Below are positions 10,046 through 20,632 of a stretch of DNA of 64,000 nt, piece by piece. Positions within the stretch are counted from its first letter, which is position 1; each line of letters starts with the position of its first letter. The translations under genes were made by a program, and so were the position numbers. A model generated the notes under the pieces. The model was given only the letters and a program-made list of their open reading frames with translations. It searched no databases and was not told the DNA's origin. This stretch comes from a virus. The stretch lies in IMG/VR virus record IMGVR_UViG_3300033146_004974, positions 21,851-85,850 of that record; one strand, 5' to 3'.

Positions 10046-10842
10046 ATCTATCAAATTTAGAATATGATTTGCCATATGATCCTTGGATGTTGCCGACAAG
10101 CGAGACGACAACGATTATTGAAAATGCAATCAATTCATGTGCAATGGCTGGATGTACTGATATATGGATTGTGGCACCAAATTTCATTCATCCAATGTTG
10201 AAGAAAATATTTGGTGATGCCATTTTGAGTCCAAGGATATATACAAATGCGATAGAAATTAAAAAAAAGAATGCAAAAACGGGATTTAGAACCGCCTTTC
10301 ATGCGAACAAAAGAATAATCCCTCTATTCTATATTCAGTTGGAACCAGACGATATGATATATAATGCTAATACAGCATTCTCTATTTTATATGCATCTTA
10401 TATTCCATCAAGATTAATAAAGAATTTTTCCAATTATGCGTTACCAGATATGTTTTACGTTCATCCTCCATTCACTGTCAATGATCCGAATGAACTGAAA
10501 CAAGTATCACACTTTAAAAGATTAGATAAAGCAAATTTCGGAGAATTGCTTTGCATAACTGATGGGGAAAAGAATGCTGCGAATGGGTATCAACTTCCTT
10601 TTGCATATCATTTGAATTCGCTTGAAAGAATGCACGAAAATTATAAAAACAGTAAAGAGAAAACTGTTCAAAATATGTTGAAAGGGATTGATTACAAAAA
10701 TTTTGAAATAAGTTGGCACCATGATTTGAGAAATTGGGAAGATTATTGTAGTTTTCTTATGAACAAAGAGCGAAGAAAAAAAACAGTGTTGAAGAGAAGA
10801 CTCTTGAACAATCAAGTTTTAAACAGAATAGGAAAAGAATGA
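9973..10842 (+). CDS. nucleotidyltransferase-like (sugar-phosphate NTP transferase fold), divergent
   Basis: AGIIPL...PWMLP...IIENAINSCAMAGCTDIWIV follows the NTP_transferase N-terminal pattern. Confidence 0.5.
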   Translation: MDFSKISKERYSHFSFVAGIIPLLNLSNLEYDLPYDPWMLPTSETTTIIENAINSCAMAGCTDIWIVAPNFIHPMLKKIFGDAILSPRIYTNAIEIKKKNAKTGFRTAFHANKRIIPLFYIQLEPDDMIYNANTAFSILYASYIPSRLIKNFSNYALPDMFYVHPPFTVNDPNELKQVSHFKRLDKANFGELLCITDGEKNAANGYQLPFAYHLNSLERMHENYKNSKEKTVQNMLKGIDYKNFEISWHHDLRNWEDYCSFLMNKERRKKTVLKRRLLNNQVLNRIGKE

Positions 10843-13800
10843 AAAAGATTAATTTTGTCAATCTTCATGCGCATTCAGGATTCTCTATTTTCGATGGTTT
10901 CGGAATGCCCGGAGAATATATGGATTATGCCTTCGAGAATGGCATGAATGCCCACGCCTTAACAGACCACGGCAATATGAATGGCTTTTCATACCAAATC
11001 TTACACGCAAAGAAGATGAAGGAAGCTGGGAAGGTATTAAAGCCGATTTATGGTGTTGAAGCTTATTTTGTACCTTCTGTGAAAGAATGGAAAGCGGCGA
11101 TGGACCAAAAGCAGTTTTCCAAGAGGGCCAAAAAGATTGATGATGATGCAAGAAGATTAAATCCAGAAGAGTTGGCCACCTTAAATAAAAGAAGGCATGT
11201 TGTTCTTCTGGCCCAGGACAAAAAGGGTTTGAAAAACCTTTTTCAGCTAGTATCAAAATCACACATGGGAGACAATTTTTATAGAAAGCCAAGAATTGAC
11301 TTGGATTTAATTAAAAAACATAATGAAGGTTTGGTCTGTACTTCTGCTTGCCTTGGCGGGTTAATGAATATGGAGTGGTGGATCAATGAAGATAAAGATA
11401 GAGCCATTGAGCAAATGGCTTTCTGGGCAGACCGATTTAAACAGATTTTTGGCAGACGTTTTTTTATCGAACTTCAATGGAACGATATTGAAGAACAGCA
11501 TTTGACCAATATTATCAATATTGAAATTGCAAAAAAACTCGAATTAGAACTTATTTCAACTGCTGATTGTCATTATCCAACACCTGAAGATTTTCAGAAT
11601 AGATATTTGTATAACAAGCTTGGCTGGTTGAATTCATATAACAATGAAGAGTTCGTAATGCCAGAAAGCGCAGAAGAAATTGGCTACCATTTGTATCCCA
11701 AAAATGGCGAGCAAATGATGGAGTCTTTTGAAAAATCTTCTGAAAAGATGGGATACAAATATGACAAGGATTTGGTCTTAAAAAGCATAACAAATGCATA
11801 TAAAATTTCTGAAGAGTTGATTGGGAATATCGAATTCGACACAAAAGTTCGACTGCCTGATTTTGTTGTCCCAGAAAATGTTGATGTCAATGAACATCTG
11901 AGGGAAGTTGCTGTAGCAGGACTACTGTCAAAAAATCTTGACTCGAAAGAATATCGCGAAAGATTAGAAGAAGAATTGGAAGTAATCGAGAGTCAAGATT
12001 TTTCAAAATATTTCCTTACTTCAAGAGCATATATCAAAGAGGCAAAGGATATAACTTTGATTGGCCCTTCACGCGGTTCAGCGGGTGGTTCATTAGTTTC
12101 ATATGTGCTTGGCATTACCCAACTTGATCCTATTAAATGGGGATTGCAATTTTCAAGATTCTTGACAAGAGGTGCTAAAGGATATCCAGATATTGATACT
12201 GATTTTGGTGACAACTTGGCTGTACATGATCACTTAATAAAAAAGTGGGGTGAGCAGAGTGTTGTTTCAATTACAAACTTTAACAGGTTGAAGTTTAAAT
12301 CTGTTTTGAAAGATCTTTCAAAACTATTTGGAGTCAGTTTTGAGGAGGTCAATGCAGTAACAACGGTGATGGAGGAAGAAGCGAAAGGGCCTGCAATGGC
12401 TGCAAAAGGTATTAAGGTAGGTGCATATACATTGAGTGGCGACGAGCTTAGAACGCATTCTGAGACCTTAAAGGCGTATCTCAAAAAGTATCCTGATGTT
12501 GATAAATATATTGACACACTGCAAGGTCAAATTCGTTCTGTTAGTCGTCATGCTGGTGGAATGTTGGTTTCAAATAATTTAATTGAAGAAATGCCATTAA
12601 TTCGCTCTGCTGCTTTATCAAAAGATAAGAAAGAAGCCAGAAAAAAACAAGGATTGAATGGTTATATCCTTCAGACGCCGTGGTCTGAAGGGCAGAATGT
12701 ACGCCACCTAGAACCATTAGGGTTCATTAAATTTGATAGACTTGGCTTATCAACATTGTTGATGTTCCAAAGCTGCATCGAAAACATTTTGGAAAAGCAA
12801 AATGGGCAAGAGGCTTCTTTTGACGAAGTGCAGAAGTGGTATAATAAAAATATGTCGCCAGATGTTTTAGATTTGGATGATCAAAAAGTTTGGAAATATG
12901 TTTTTCAAGATGGGAGATGGCCAGGAATTTTTCAATTTACTGAAAGTGGTGCTCAAGAGCTTTGTAAGTCCGTTGCGCCAACAAACATTAACGAATTGTC
13001 TGCTGTTACTTCATTATACCGCCCAGGGCCTTTAGGGGCTGGTGCTGATAAAGATTATTTGACTTACAAAAATAATCCGTTGAGGATTAGATATGAACAT
13101 AAAATTCTTGAAGGGATTTTGTCTAAAACATATGGGATGATTGTTTATCAAGAGCAGATTTCTGCAATTGCTTCACAACTTGGTGGGTTAACGAGTGATG
13201 AAGGGCAATTTTTCAGAAAGTTGTTGACAAAAAAAGGAACTGGGAAAGATGGCTACCTTCAAACTTTAGAAGAAAAATTCTTAAAAGGTTGCGAACTAAA
13301 TGGGATGAGCAATCTCATGGCCAATAAACTTTTGGAAAAATTAGTTTATTTTGCCGCATATGGTTTCAATGAAATTCACGCCATTGCTTATTCAATTATT
13401 TCGTATCAATGCGCATGGTTTTTTACATATTATTCTGCTGAATGGTTAGCGGCAGTTTTAGAAAGGGTTCCTGAGAAGCAAAAAGTTTCCGCAATCAATG
13501 CGACAAAATCATATGGTTTTGCAATCAAATCGCCAGATGTTAACCAATCAAGCAGAAAATGGAAGCCAATTGGAGATGGCTCAACAATTGCGCAACCTCT
13601 TTCAGCAGTCAAAGGAATTGGTGCCAAAGCGATTGAGGAAATCTTTGAACAACGTCCGTTGACGATGGACAAATTGTTGTTTGGAATTAGTAAAAGGAAA
13701 GTTAACAAAAAGGTGTTAACATCTTTGTTTAAGTCTGGTGCACTTGATGATCTAATCGATTTGGAAGTATACAGTAATTTTAAACACTTTTATTTGGCAG

Positions 13801-14249
13801 CTTTAGAAACAAGGCCAAAGACTAGAAAAGCGCTTGAAAAAAAGATCAAAGAAACGAAAGGTTGTGACGATTTTGATGAACAAGAGTATATCCAATTCAA
13901 GGTTGAATCATCAGGGATTTACCCAGTTTTTTATATTGTAGATCCAGAAATGGAGGACAGATTAAAAGAATTCAACATGAAATGTCTTGGCGAATTTGAT
14001 GGGACAACAGACCAACTATTCTGGGGGATAGTAAAGGAGACAGAGTTAAAAAGGACTAAAAGAGGAAGTTTATATAACGTTGTAACAATGATTGATACAA
14101 CATTTAAGGAGATCAAGATCAATTGTTGGTCATGGCAAGAGACTGATGTGGTTCACAAAAATCATGTATATTTTTTCAGAGTCGATCATGCTCCAAAATG
14201 GGGTTTTTCGACAAGAAGTTTCAAAAAGAATTTTAGAATGATTAAGTAA
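10839..14249 (+). CDS. dnaE: DNA polymerase III alpha subunit (family C) with PHP domain
   Basis: FVNLHAHSGFSIFDG, ALTDHG, RGSAGGSLV, PDIDTDF, YQEQI, YGFNEIHA. Confidence 0.96.
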   Translation: MKKINFVNLHAHSGFSIFDGFGMPGEYMDYAFENGMNAHALTDHGNMNGFSYQILHAKKMKEAGKVLKPIYGVEAYFVPSVKEWKAAMDQKQFSKRAKKIDDDARRLNPEELATLNKRRHVVLLAQDKKGLKNLFQLVSKSHMGDNFYRKPRIDLDLIKKHNEGLVCTSACLGGLMNMEWWINEDKDRAIEQMAFWADRFKQIFGRRFFIELQWNDIEEQHLTNIINIEIAKKLELELISTADCHYPTPEDFQNRYLYNKLGWLNSYNNEEFVMPESAEEIGYHLYPKNGEQMMESFEKSSEKMGYKYDKDLVLKSITNAYKISEELIGNIEFDTKVRLPDFVVPENVDVNEHLREVAVAGLLSKNLDSKEYRERLEEELEVIESQDFSKYFLTSRAYIKEAKDITLIGPSRGSAGGSLVSYVLGITQLDPIKWGLQFSRFLTRGAKGYPDIDTDFGDNLAVHDHLIKKWGEQSVVSITNFNRLKFKSVLKDLSKLFGVSFEEVNAVTTVMEEEAKGPAMAAKGIKVGAYTLSGDELRTHSETLKAYLKKYPDVDKYIDTLQGQIRSVSRHAGGMLVSNNLIEEMPLIRSAALSKDKKEARKKQGLNGYILQTPWSEGQNVRHLEPLGFIKFDRLGLSTLLMFQSCIENILEKQNGQEASFDEVQKWYNKNMSPDVLDLDDQKVWKYVFQDGRWPGIFQFTESGAQELCKSVAPTNINELSAVTSLYRPGPLGAGADKDYLTYKNNPLRIRYEHKILEGILSKTYGMIVYQEQISAIASQLGGLTSDEGQFFRKLLTKKGTGKDGYLQTLEEKFLKGCELNGMSNLMANKLLEKLVYFAAYGFNEIHAIAYSIISYQCAWFFTYYSAEWLAAVLERVPEKQKVSAINATKSYGFAIKSPDVNQSSRKWKPIGDGSTIAQPLSAVKGIGAKAIEEIFEQRPLTMDKLLFGISKRKVNKKVLTSLFKSGALDDLIDLEVYSNFKHFYLAALETRPKTRKALEKKIKETKGCDDFDEQEYIQFKVESSGIYPVFYIVDPEMEDRLKEFNMKCLGEFDGTTDQLFWGIVKETELKRTKRGSLYNVVTMIDTTFKEIKINCWSWQETDVVHKNHVYFFRVDHAPKWGFSTRSFKKNFRMIK

Positions 14250-14259
14250 AGGAAAGCGA

Positions 14260-14727
14260 ATGTATATTAAATTTTCATTAGAGGAAGAAGGGATGAAGGC
14301 TCCAACTAGGAGCAATCGGTCTGATGCGGGACTGGATGTTTATTTCAACCAGGCTGATTCGCATCTTTCATCTATAACAGTACATCCAGGCCAGAATTAT
14401 TTGTTTGCGACAGGTTGCAGATTTGAAATTCCACATGGTTACGCATTGATGGTTAAAAACCGTTCTGGGATGGCATCAAGACATAATTTGTTGAAAGGTG
14501 CTCAATTGATTGATGCAGGTTATTCAGGAGTTGTTTACATTGATTTACATAATGTTGGGGAAGAGGCGGTAACAATCAAAAATGGCACCAAGATCGCTCA
14601 ATTGGTTTTAGTTCCGGTTTTATCGTTTGATCTGGTTCAAGCTGACAAAGATGATTTGTATTCCAAAGAAATTGTTTTCTCAGAAAGGGGAGAAGGAGGG
14701 TTTGGCTCAACGGATTCAAAAAAGTAA
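14260..14727 (+). CDS. dut: trimeric dUTPase
   Basis: DAGLD, NRSG, LIDAGYSG, IAQLV, RGEGGFGST. Confidence 0.95.
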   Translation: MYIKFSLEEEGMKAPTRSNRSDAGLDVYFNQADSHLSSITVHPGQNYLFATGCRFEIPHGYALMVKNRSGMASRHNLLKGAQLIDAGYSGVVYIDLHNVGEEAVTIKNGTKIAQLVLVPVLSFDLVQADKDDLYSKEIVFSERGEGGFGSTDSKK

Positions 14728-14742
14728 GAATTGACGAGTTGC

Positions 14743-14772
14743 TTGACAATACAGCGCTGCTTATGAGATAGT
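14743..14772 (+). promoter_or_regulatory. probable sigma70-type promoter
   Basis: TTGACA 14743-14748, 18-nt spacer, GATAGT; intergenic. Confidence 0.45.
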
Positions 14773-14813
14773 GAAGGTGCATGGCATTAATGCCACAACA
14801 AGGAGAGGTCAGA

Positions 14814-15119
14814 ATGAGTTTAATTGATACAATCAACAACACATTTGAGCAAATTGAAGAGAAGTTAGAACAAAACACATCAACAAAGGAGGAGCATGTT
14901 AAAGCCTTTGTCGAAGAATTTGAAAAGATTGAAGAACAGTTTGCTGCTCTTCGCGAAGAAAGGAAACAATTAATTGATGAGTACACAAACAATAATTGGT
15001 TGACAAAGGATGATGTCAAAATGATTAAGCGTGCGATCAGAATCGTGAAGTCAGAAACGGATTTTGAAGAGTTAGCAGAATTTATCAATCCTGCGATGGA
15101 AGCATTAGGCGAAGTTTGA
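14814..15119 (+). CDS. small helical protein, possibly GapR/T4 DsbA-like DNA-binding
   Basis: KAFVEEFEKIEEQFAALREERKQLIDEY...VKMIKRAIRI pattern; GGAGAGG RBS. Confidence 0.45.
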   Translation: MSLIDTINNTFEQIEEKLEQNTSTKEEHVKAFVEEFEKIEEQFAALREERKQLIDEYTNNNWLTKDDVKMIKRAIRIVKSETDFEELAEFINPAMEALGEV

Positions 15120-15454
15120 TGCTAATTGACGATTTTGAAACCTTCAAATTTCATTATTTGGAGGGGTCAAAAAAGACCATAAAACTTCCGATCTGTTCAA
15201 AGGAAAAGATGGATTTCTTTTTTAAACTTCAACAAGACAAGTTTTCTAAAGTTGATTTCATTTTGCTTATTATAAAGGCATATATAAATCATGACAGAAG
15301 ATTGATAAGCTTGATACGGGAAGAACAGAAACGAAAAAAGACCTTTTCGACCGAAGTTTTCAAAAAAATGAAAAAGAATGATAAAAAAGTTTATTCAAGT
15401 CTAGATAATTATACTTTCGGAGAGGAAGGTGATATTCTTTTTGAGGAAGAATAA
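15119..15454 (+). CDS. hypothetical protein
   Basis: TGATG overlap with the upstream gene. Confidence 0.6.
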   Translation: MLIDDFETFKFHYLEGSKKTIKLPICSKEKMDFFFKLQQDKFSKVDFILLIIKAYINHDRRLISLIREEQKRKKTFSTEVFKKMKKNDKKVYSSLDNYTFGEEGDILFEEE

Positions 15455-15491
15455 ACTATATAAATTGTTACGAAAAATAAAGGAGCAAAGA

Positions 15492-15998
15492 ATGGATATT
15501 GACAAATGGGCAGAAATTGCAGGCACAAACGAAGCTACTCGCAAACTTATCAAGGAAGCTTACCGTCTTGAAGAGGTAGACAGTGCAGGTCTGGAAAAAG
15601 ATGAGGAAGTCCTTGAAGAAGAGGAAGAATTAGAAATCGATGATGAGTCGATGGAAGAAATGTCTGAGCCTGATGAAGAAATGGGCGAAGAAATGGGCGA
15701 AGAAATGGATGAGGAAATGCCTTTGGAAGAACCTGACGATGAAATGCTGATGGGAAATGAGGAAGGGCAAGAGAAAAATGATTTGCTTTACAAACAAGTC
15801 ATTAACGCCTTGGCACCAATTTTTGGAGTCGAAATAGAAATTGATTCTGATGTTTCTCCAGAAGGTGATATGGAAGTTATGTCGGATGAGGTTTCTGATG
15901 GCATGGAAGGTGAAGAAGTTGATGAGGAAATGTTGGCTGAAGCATTTAAACGAGTAGAAAAAAAGATTCGCTCTCAATTTAGAATCAAAAAGAGATAA
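15492..15998 (+). CDS. highly acidic low-complexity protein (EEM repeats)
   Basis: AAGGAG RBS; E/D/M-rich. Confidence 0.7.
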   Translation: MDIDKWAEIAGTNEATRKLIKEAYRLEEVDSAGLEKDEEVLEEEEELEIDDESMEEMSEPDEEMGEEMGEEMDEEMPLEEPDDEMLMGNEEGQEKNDLLYKQVINALAPIFGVEIEIDSDVSPEGDMEVMSDEVSDGMEGEEVDEEMLAEAFKRVEKKIRSQFRIKKR

Positions 15999-16018
15999 GT
16001 GAAGCTAATCAAGTGAAT

Positions 16019-16044
16019 AAAGGCCATTTATGGCCTTTTTTTTT
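16019..16044 (+). terminator. intrinsic terminator
   Basis: AAAGGCCA-TTTA-TGGCCTTT followed by a T run. Confidence 0.8.
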
Positions 16045-16154
16045 AGGAGATGTGATGGAATCCTTGAAGGAGAAGATAGTAAGAATTGCCAAAGATTTAT
16101 TGAAAAAAAAGAAAAATGAAGATGTACTCTTATTACAACCTAGCAAGGAAAAAG

Positions 16155-16769
16155 ATGGAAACAAACGATAAAAATCCAATTTTTGTGCCAAAGATTGTCC
16201 ACATTCATGGAGAAATAGATGATACAAATGCCGCAAAAGCAATTGATCAAATGTATGCAGTCAGGAGCTACATGAAAGAAACTGTTGTGATTAATGAGCG
16301 TGTAATGATTGAAGAACGCTCTGCAAAAGCAACAATTCTCTTAAAAAAGAATCCAGAAATAACTTTAAGGGTTTCTTCAACCGGAGGTGGGGTCTATGAT
16401 ATGCTTTCTATTCTTGATACAATGGAAAATCTTAAAAGAACAATAGCCATTAAGACTATTGCAACTGGGTATGTAATGTCGGCGGCAGTTCCTTTAATTG
16501 CTTTTGGCACAAAAGGAAGAAGGTTTGCTGGGAAACGTTGTCAATTCATGATTCATGGAATTGCAGGGGGAGCTTATGGTAAACTTGTTGAAATTGTAGA
16601 GACAACCAAGCATTTGAAGCATCTTCAAAAGCTGTATATCGAAGCCTTGCTTGCAACAACAAACTTCCCCCCAAAGAAATTTGAAGAAATTGTCAAAAGC
16701 AGAGGGGAATTTTATTTCACTTCACAAGAGGCGCTGAAGTTCGGCATTATTGATAAAATTATTGATTGA
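16155..16769 (+). CDS. clpP: ClpP-family (S14) protease
   Basis: STGGGVYD, GYVMSAA (Ser), MIHG (His), EFYFTSQEALKFGIIDKII. Confidence 0.85.
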   Translation: METNDKNPIFVPKIVHIHGEIDDTNAAKAIDQMYAVRSYMKETVVINERVMIEERSAKATILLKKNPEITLRVSSTGGGVYDMLSILDTMENLKRTIAIKTIATGYVMSAAVPLIAFGTKGRRFAGKRCQFMIHGIAGGAYGKLVEIVETTKHLKHLQKLYIEALLATTNFPPKKFEEIVKSRGEFYFTSQEALKFGIIDKIID

Positions 16770-16777
16770 GGGTGAGA

Positions 16778-17569
16778 ATGTTGTTAAGGAATATGGCAAG
16801 AATTTTTGCTCCTTCGTTGCACGACAAATGGCAAGTTAAAATGAGAAAGACTCTTGCCGAATCTTTAACAAGAAATGAAAAAGTTGTGGTGCCAGAAAAG
16901 AAAGAAAAATGTATCATTTGTCATGATGAAGAAGTTGCAATCAAATGGTCAAAAGTTGTGAATGTTCATGACAACAACGCTTTAAAATCTGAAAGAGGAA
17001 ATTATTCCAGAAGAAGGTCTGGTACAAAACCAAAAATGATTGTGACACACTGGGATGTTACCAAAAGTGCCGAATCATGTTGCAAAGTTTTGAATCGTGT
17101 TGGACTATCTAGTCATTTTGTTATTGATAATGATGGGACAATTTTTCAAATGCTTGACACCAAGCACAAAGCGTGGCACGCTGGGAAGGTTAACAAATTT
17201 TCAATAGGCATCGACATATCAAATGCTTATTATCTAAAACATCAAGATTGGTACATTAAAAATGGGTTTGGCCCTCGACCAATTATGAGTGATTGTTATA
17301 TTCATGGGAAAAAATTGAAGCCATTTCTTGGTTTTTTCCCTATCCAAATCCAAGCTTACAAAGAACTGCTAAAAGCGTTAATGAACGCTTATTCAATAAA
17401 AAATGATTATCCAACTGAGGATGGCAATCTAATTAAAACAGTTTATAAACCTGCTGTTAAAGGTGATTTTTCTGGATTTGTTGCACATTATCATGTATCA
17501 AAAAACAAGAAAGATGTCGCCGGGTTAGATTTTAGTAGAATTTGGAGCGAAATTGAAGAATATTATTAA
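16778..17569 (+). CDS. N-acetylmuramoyl-L-alanine amidase (Amidase_2), likely endolysin
   Basis: IVTHWD, SSHFVIDNDGTIFQ, AWHAG, SIGIDI, VAHYHV...KKD; start uncertain. Confidence 0.85.
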   Translation: MLLRNMARIFAPSLHDKWQVKMRKTLAESLTRNEKVVVPEKKEKCIICHDEEVAIKWSKVVNVHDNNALKSERGNYSRRRSGTKPKMIVTHWDVTKSAESCCKVLNRVGLSSHFVIDNDGTIFQMLDTKHKAWHAGKVNKFSIGIDISNAYYLKHQDWYIKNGFGPRPIMSDCYIHGKKLKPFLGFFPIQIQAYKELLKALMNAYSIKNDYPTEDGNLIKTVYKPAVKGDFSGFVAHYHVSKNKKDVAGLDFSRIWSEIEEYY

Positions 17570-19055
17570 AGATTATGTTAAAAAAGAATATAAGAATCTC
17601 CCTGAACCTGTTATTGCCGATGATTTGAGCATTATTGTTTCGGAAGGTTACAAAAGTGCAATGAATCATTTGCTTCTTGAAGCGAAGTTTGATTATTCCC
17701 AATTACCGACGGAAATGAAATCAAGGATATCCCTTTTCAACTCTATGCTCAAAAAAAAGGGAGATGATTTTCTGACTCTTGTGGACAAAAAACTATTGGC
17801 CGATTCAGTGAACAAATTGTCAGACACGGATGGCAGCATTGATAGCACTAAACTGATAACAGAGTTTATGAGCGGTTCATCAATCGGGAATTTTGATTTA
17901 AGCAAGAAAAATATCAAAAGCATTTTAAACGTTTTTGGCCAAAAAGGGGTGAGCATATTCATTCTCTCAGAGAATGGTTCATTGATTGGCAATTTTTCTG
18001 ATCTAATAACCTTTTTATCGTCAAAAGATGGTGAAAAAGGCTATGAGGTAATTGTTGCCAGGACAGAAAAGGGAAGGCTTTCATTTTCAAGTTTCAACAT
18101 CACAAGAGAAAATTTTTTCTACTTTTTCCCAGCTAAGAAATACTTTGAATATACTCCAGATGATTTTGCAAAAGAAAATTCCTTAGAAGTACTTGGGAAC
18201 AAAATTCCAACGCACAGGAAAGATTTGAGCAAAATTATTTCGCTGAATGAAGAAGTGAAAGTTGAGATCTTTTCTGACATTAATGGCAACATTTTCTCTG
18301 ATATCAAAGATTTTGACAAAGAAGAGTTTTTCGAGAAGGTTTTGCCATTTTCCGGGAGAGTTGGACAATCTGATTCAATAAGAACCGATTTGCCTGATGG
18401 GATGGATGGATATAAATCTGCAATTGAACTTGTTAAATCTCACCCAGAATCAGAAGAAATTTTGCAGAAATATGCAATGTATGCAGGTATGACTGAAAAA
18501 GAATTTTATGATACAATTTCTCCAAAAAATGGAAGGAAAAGGTCATATGGAACAATTTTTAAGAATCGTTTTGAATTAATTCTGAAGGTTGCGAACAAAA
18601 TTAATAAGATGAAAAGGAAGCTTGGAACTGAAAGTGAAATGAAGCCAGGGCTTCCAATTCAGAATGCTCTTGTTGAGCTTGAGGATTTTGCCGAGAAGAA
18701 ACCTACTTTGAAAGATTTAAAGGATTTGGCTATTTTTGATCCAATCTCTTGGGGCAATATTCTTATTAACAATTTAAAATATCAGAAAAATGGGTTTGTT
18801 GGAGGTGAATTTGAGTTGACCAAAAGAAAACTGGAAAAAAACATCGTCAAACTTGGTTCTATTCCGAATGACCCTAACTATTATACAAAAGCTTCTGACA
18901 AAATTGATAAATTGATAGAAAAGAAAATTGATGATTTAAATTCATCAACAAACCATATTATCGATTTTGTTAGAGATTCGTTGAAACGACAATCAAAACG
19001 TGTTAAGCTCGAAAAAGAGTTGAACAAATTCAAAGAGCAAATTGGAGGTTTCTAA
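17553..19055 (+). CDS. hypothetical protein (500 aa)
   Basis: Long ORF coupled to groEL by TAATG. Confidence 0.7.
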   Translation: MKNIIKDYVKKEYKNLPEPVIADDLSIIVSEGYKSAMNHLLLEAKFDYSQLPTEMKSRISLFNSMLKKKGDDFLTLVDKKLLADSVNKLSDTDGSIDSTKLITEFMSGSSIGNFDLSKKNIKSILNVFGQKGVSIFILSENGSLIGNFSDLITFLSSKDGEKGYEVIVARTEKGRLSFSSFNITRENFFYFFPAKKYFEYTPDDFAKENSLEVLGNKIPTHRKDLSKIISLNEEVKVEIFSDINGNIFSDIKDFDKEEFFEKVLPFSGRVGQSDSIRTDLPDGMDGYKSAIELVKSHPESEEILQKYAMYAGMTEKEFYDTISPKNGRKRSYGTIFKNRFELILKVANKINKMKRKLGTESEMKPGLPIQNALVELEDFAEKKPTLKDLKDLAIFDPISWGNILINNLKYQKNGFVGGEFELTKRKLEKNIVKLGSIPNDPNYYTKASDKIDKLIEKKIDDLNSSTNHIIDFVRDSLKRQSKRVKLEKELNKFKEQIGGF

Positions 19056-20632
19056 TGAAGAAAAAAATCCTTTTCGATCAAGAATTGCGTCGCGAGATTC
19101 TAGAAGGTGTTAGGAAGTTATCAAAAGCCGTTAGTTCAACGTTGGGGCCAAAGGGACGGAATGTCATTATTCGTCACAAGGAGAAATTGCCATTCATGAC
19201 AAAAGATGGCGTAACTGTCGCGCAATCTTTTGTCATTTCTGACAATGTTGTGCAGAATGCGGCTGCACAAATTGTTAAAGAAGTCTCGCTGAATACAAAC
19301 AAAGAAGTTGGTGATGGTACAACAACTGCCACAATTTTGACTCATAGTATTCTTGAAAATTCTGATAAATACTTGACGAGTGGGATTTCTCCAATTGAAT
19401 TACAAAGGGGAATTGAAAAGATTTCCTCATTTATTCTTGATGAAATTCATTCAGAAAAACAATTTGTCAAGACTGAAGAGGATGTTAAGAACATTGCAAC
19501 AATTTCTGCCAATGGTGATGAAGAAATTGCAGAAATTGTTGCAACTGCCGTGACATCCGTTGGTTTAGATGGTGCTGTGACAGTTGAAAACGGTTTTGGG
19601 AAAACAAGTCTTGATATGAAAGAAGGCTTCCTCTATCCTTCTGGATTTTTGACACCACATTTTATCACGAATCTTGATTTAAGGAATACGACCACATTAA
19701 ATCCTTTCATTTTTATCACTGATTATGACATTAGTGCTGTTGAGCATTTCATGCCTGTTATCGAAGTGGCGGCGGCAGTTAACAGAGATGTTTTACTTAT
19801 TGCACCAAGTATTAATAAAACGGCCTTGAAAGCTTTGATCAGCAATGAATTATCGGAAAAGACTGTTAATCGTGTAATACCGATTGAAGCAGCTTTTTTC
19901 GGCAATCGTCAAAGTGATGTTTTATTTGATTTGGCCACAAAGGTTGGCGCGACAGTTATTTCAATTAAAAACAATCTCGTTTTTGGCCAGGCTGCCATTA
20001 AACATCTCGGAACAGCAGAGAAAGTTGAAATCAACAATTATCAAACACTATTTTTGGCTGTTGGCAATCAGGAGGAAATCGATTATCGCTTGAAAGATAT
20101 CGAACATCAAATGAAACAACCGAACACTCCGCCAGAGGATGAGCAATTTATGCATGAGCGAATTCTCAGGCTAAGAAGTGCCGTTGCGATTATTCAAGCA
20201 GGGGGAAATTCTAAACTTGAAATGATTGAGAAAAAGCATAGGATTCAAGATTCTATTGAGGCAGTTAAAGCGGCAATAACATTTGGTTATTTGCCTGGTG
20301 GCGGATCATTTCTGCTAAAGGTTGCAGACAAATTTGAGTCTGATGGTTTTTCTCTTGGTGAAAAAGGCGGTGTTGAGATTATCAAGAAAGCGTGTACCGA
20401 GCCGGTTCGACAACTTGCGAAGAACTCAGGATTAGTTCCAGACGTTGTTGTCAACACAGTTTTGAAAAGTGAAAAAAATTGTGGAGTGAATATGTCAAAT
20501 GGTTTGGAATGCAATTTGATCGATTCTGGCATCATCGACCCAGCACAAGTGATTGAAGTTTCGTTTAAGAATGCTGTATCGGTTGCAGGAACTCTTTTGA
20601 TGGCGGGTGTCGGGATTATTGAAGAGGAATAA
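19055..20632 (+). CDS. groEL: group I chaperonin GroEL
   Basis: TLGPKGRNV, TKDGVTVA, GDGTTTAT, PGGG, GIIDP. Confidence 0.95.
   Translation: MKKKILFDQELRREILEGVRKLSKAVSSTLGPKGRNVIIRHKEKLPFMTKDGVTVAQSFVISDNVVQNAAAQIVKEVSLNTNKEVGDGTTTATILTHSILENSDKYLTSGISPIELQRGIEKISSFILDEIHSEKQFVKTEEDVKNIATISANGDEEIAEIVATAVTSVGLDGAVTVENGFGKTSLDMKEGFLYPSGFLTPHFITNLDLRNTTTLNPFIFITDYDISAVEHFMPVIEVAAAVNRDVLLIAPSINKTALKALISNELSEKTVNRVIPIEAAFFGNRQSDVLFDLATKVGATVISIKNNLVFGQAAIKHLGTAEKVEINNYQTLFLAVGNQEEIDYRLKDIEHQMKQPNTPPEDEQFMHERILRLRSAVAIIQAGGNSKLEMIEKKHRIQDSIEAVKAAITFGYLPGGGSFLLKVADKFESDGFSLGEKGGVEIIKKACTEPVRQLAKNSGLVPDVVVNTVLKSEKNCGVNMSNGLECNLIDSGIIDPAQVIEVSFKNAVSVAGTLLMAGVGIIEEE

Noticed and set aside
5675-14249. 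Inteins or introns in nrdJ or dnaE
   Set aside because: Lengths are ordinary and I saw no splice-junction or homing endonuclease motifs.
16055-16170. Frameshifted 5' extension of clpP across the A-run
   Set aside because: The short upstream ORF (MESLKEKIVRIAKD...) has no ClpP similarity, and clpP has its own AAGGA-ATG at 16155.
16700-16725. ClpP inactivated by an Asp-to-Glu change in the triad (RGEFYF)
   Set aside because: Glu at this position is common in phage ClpP-like proteases, and the Ser and His are intact.
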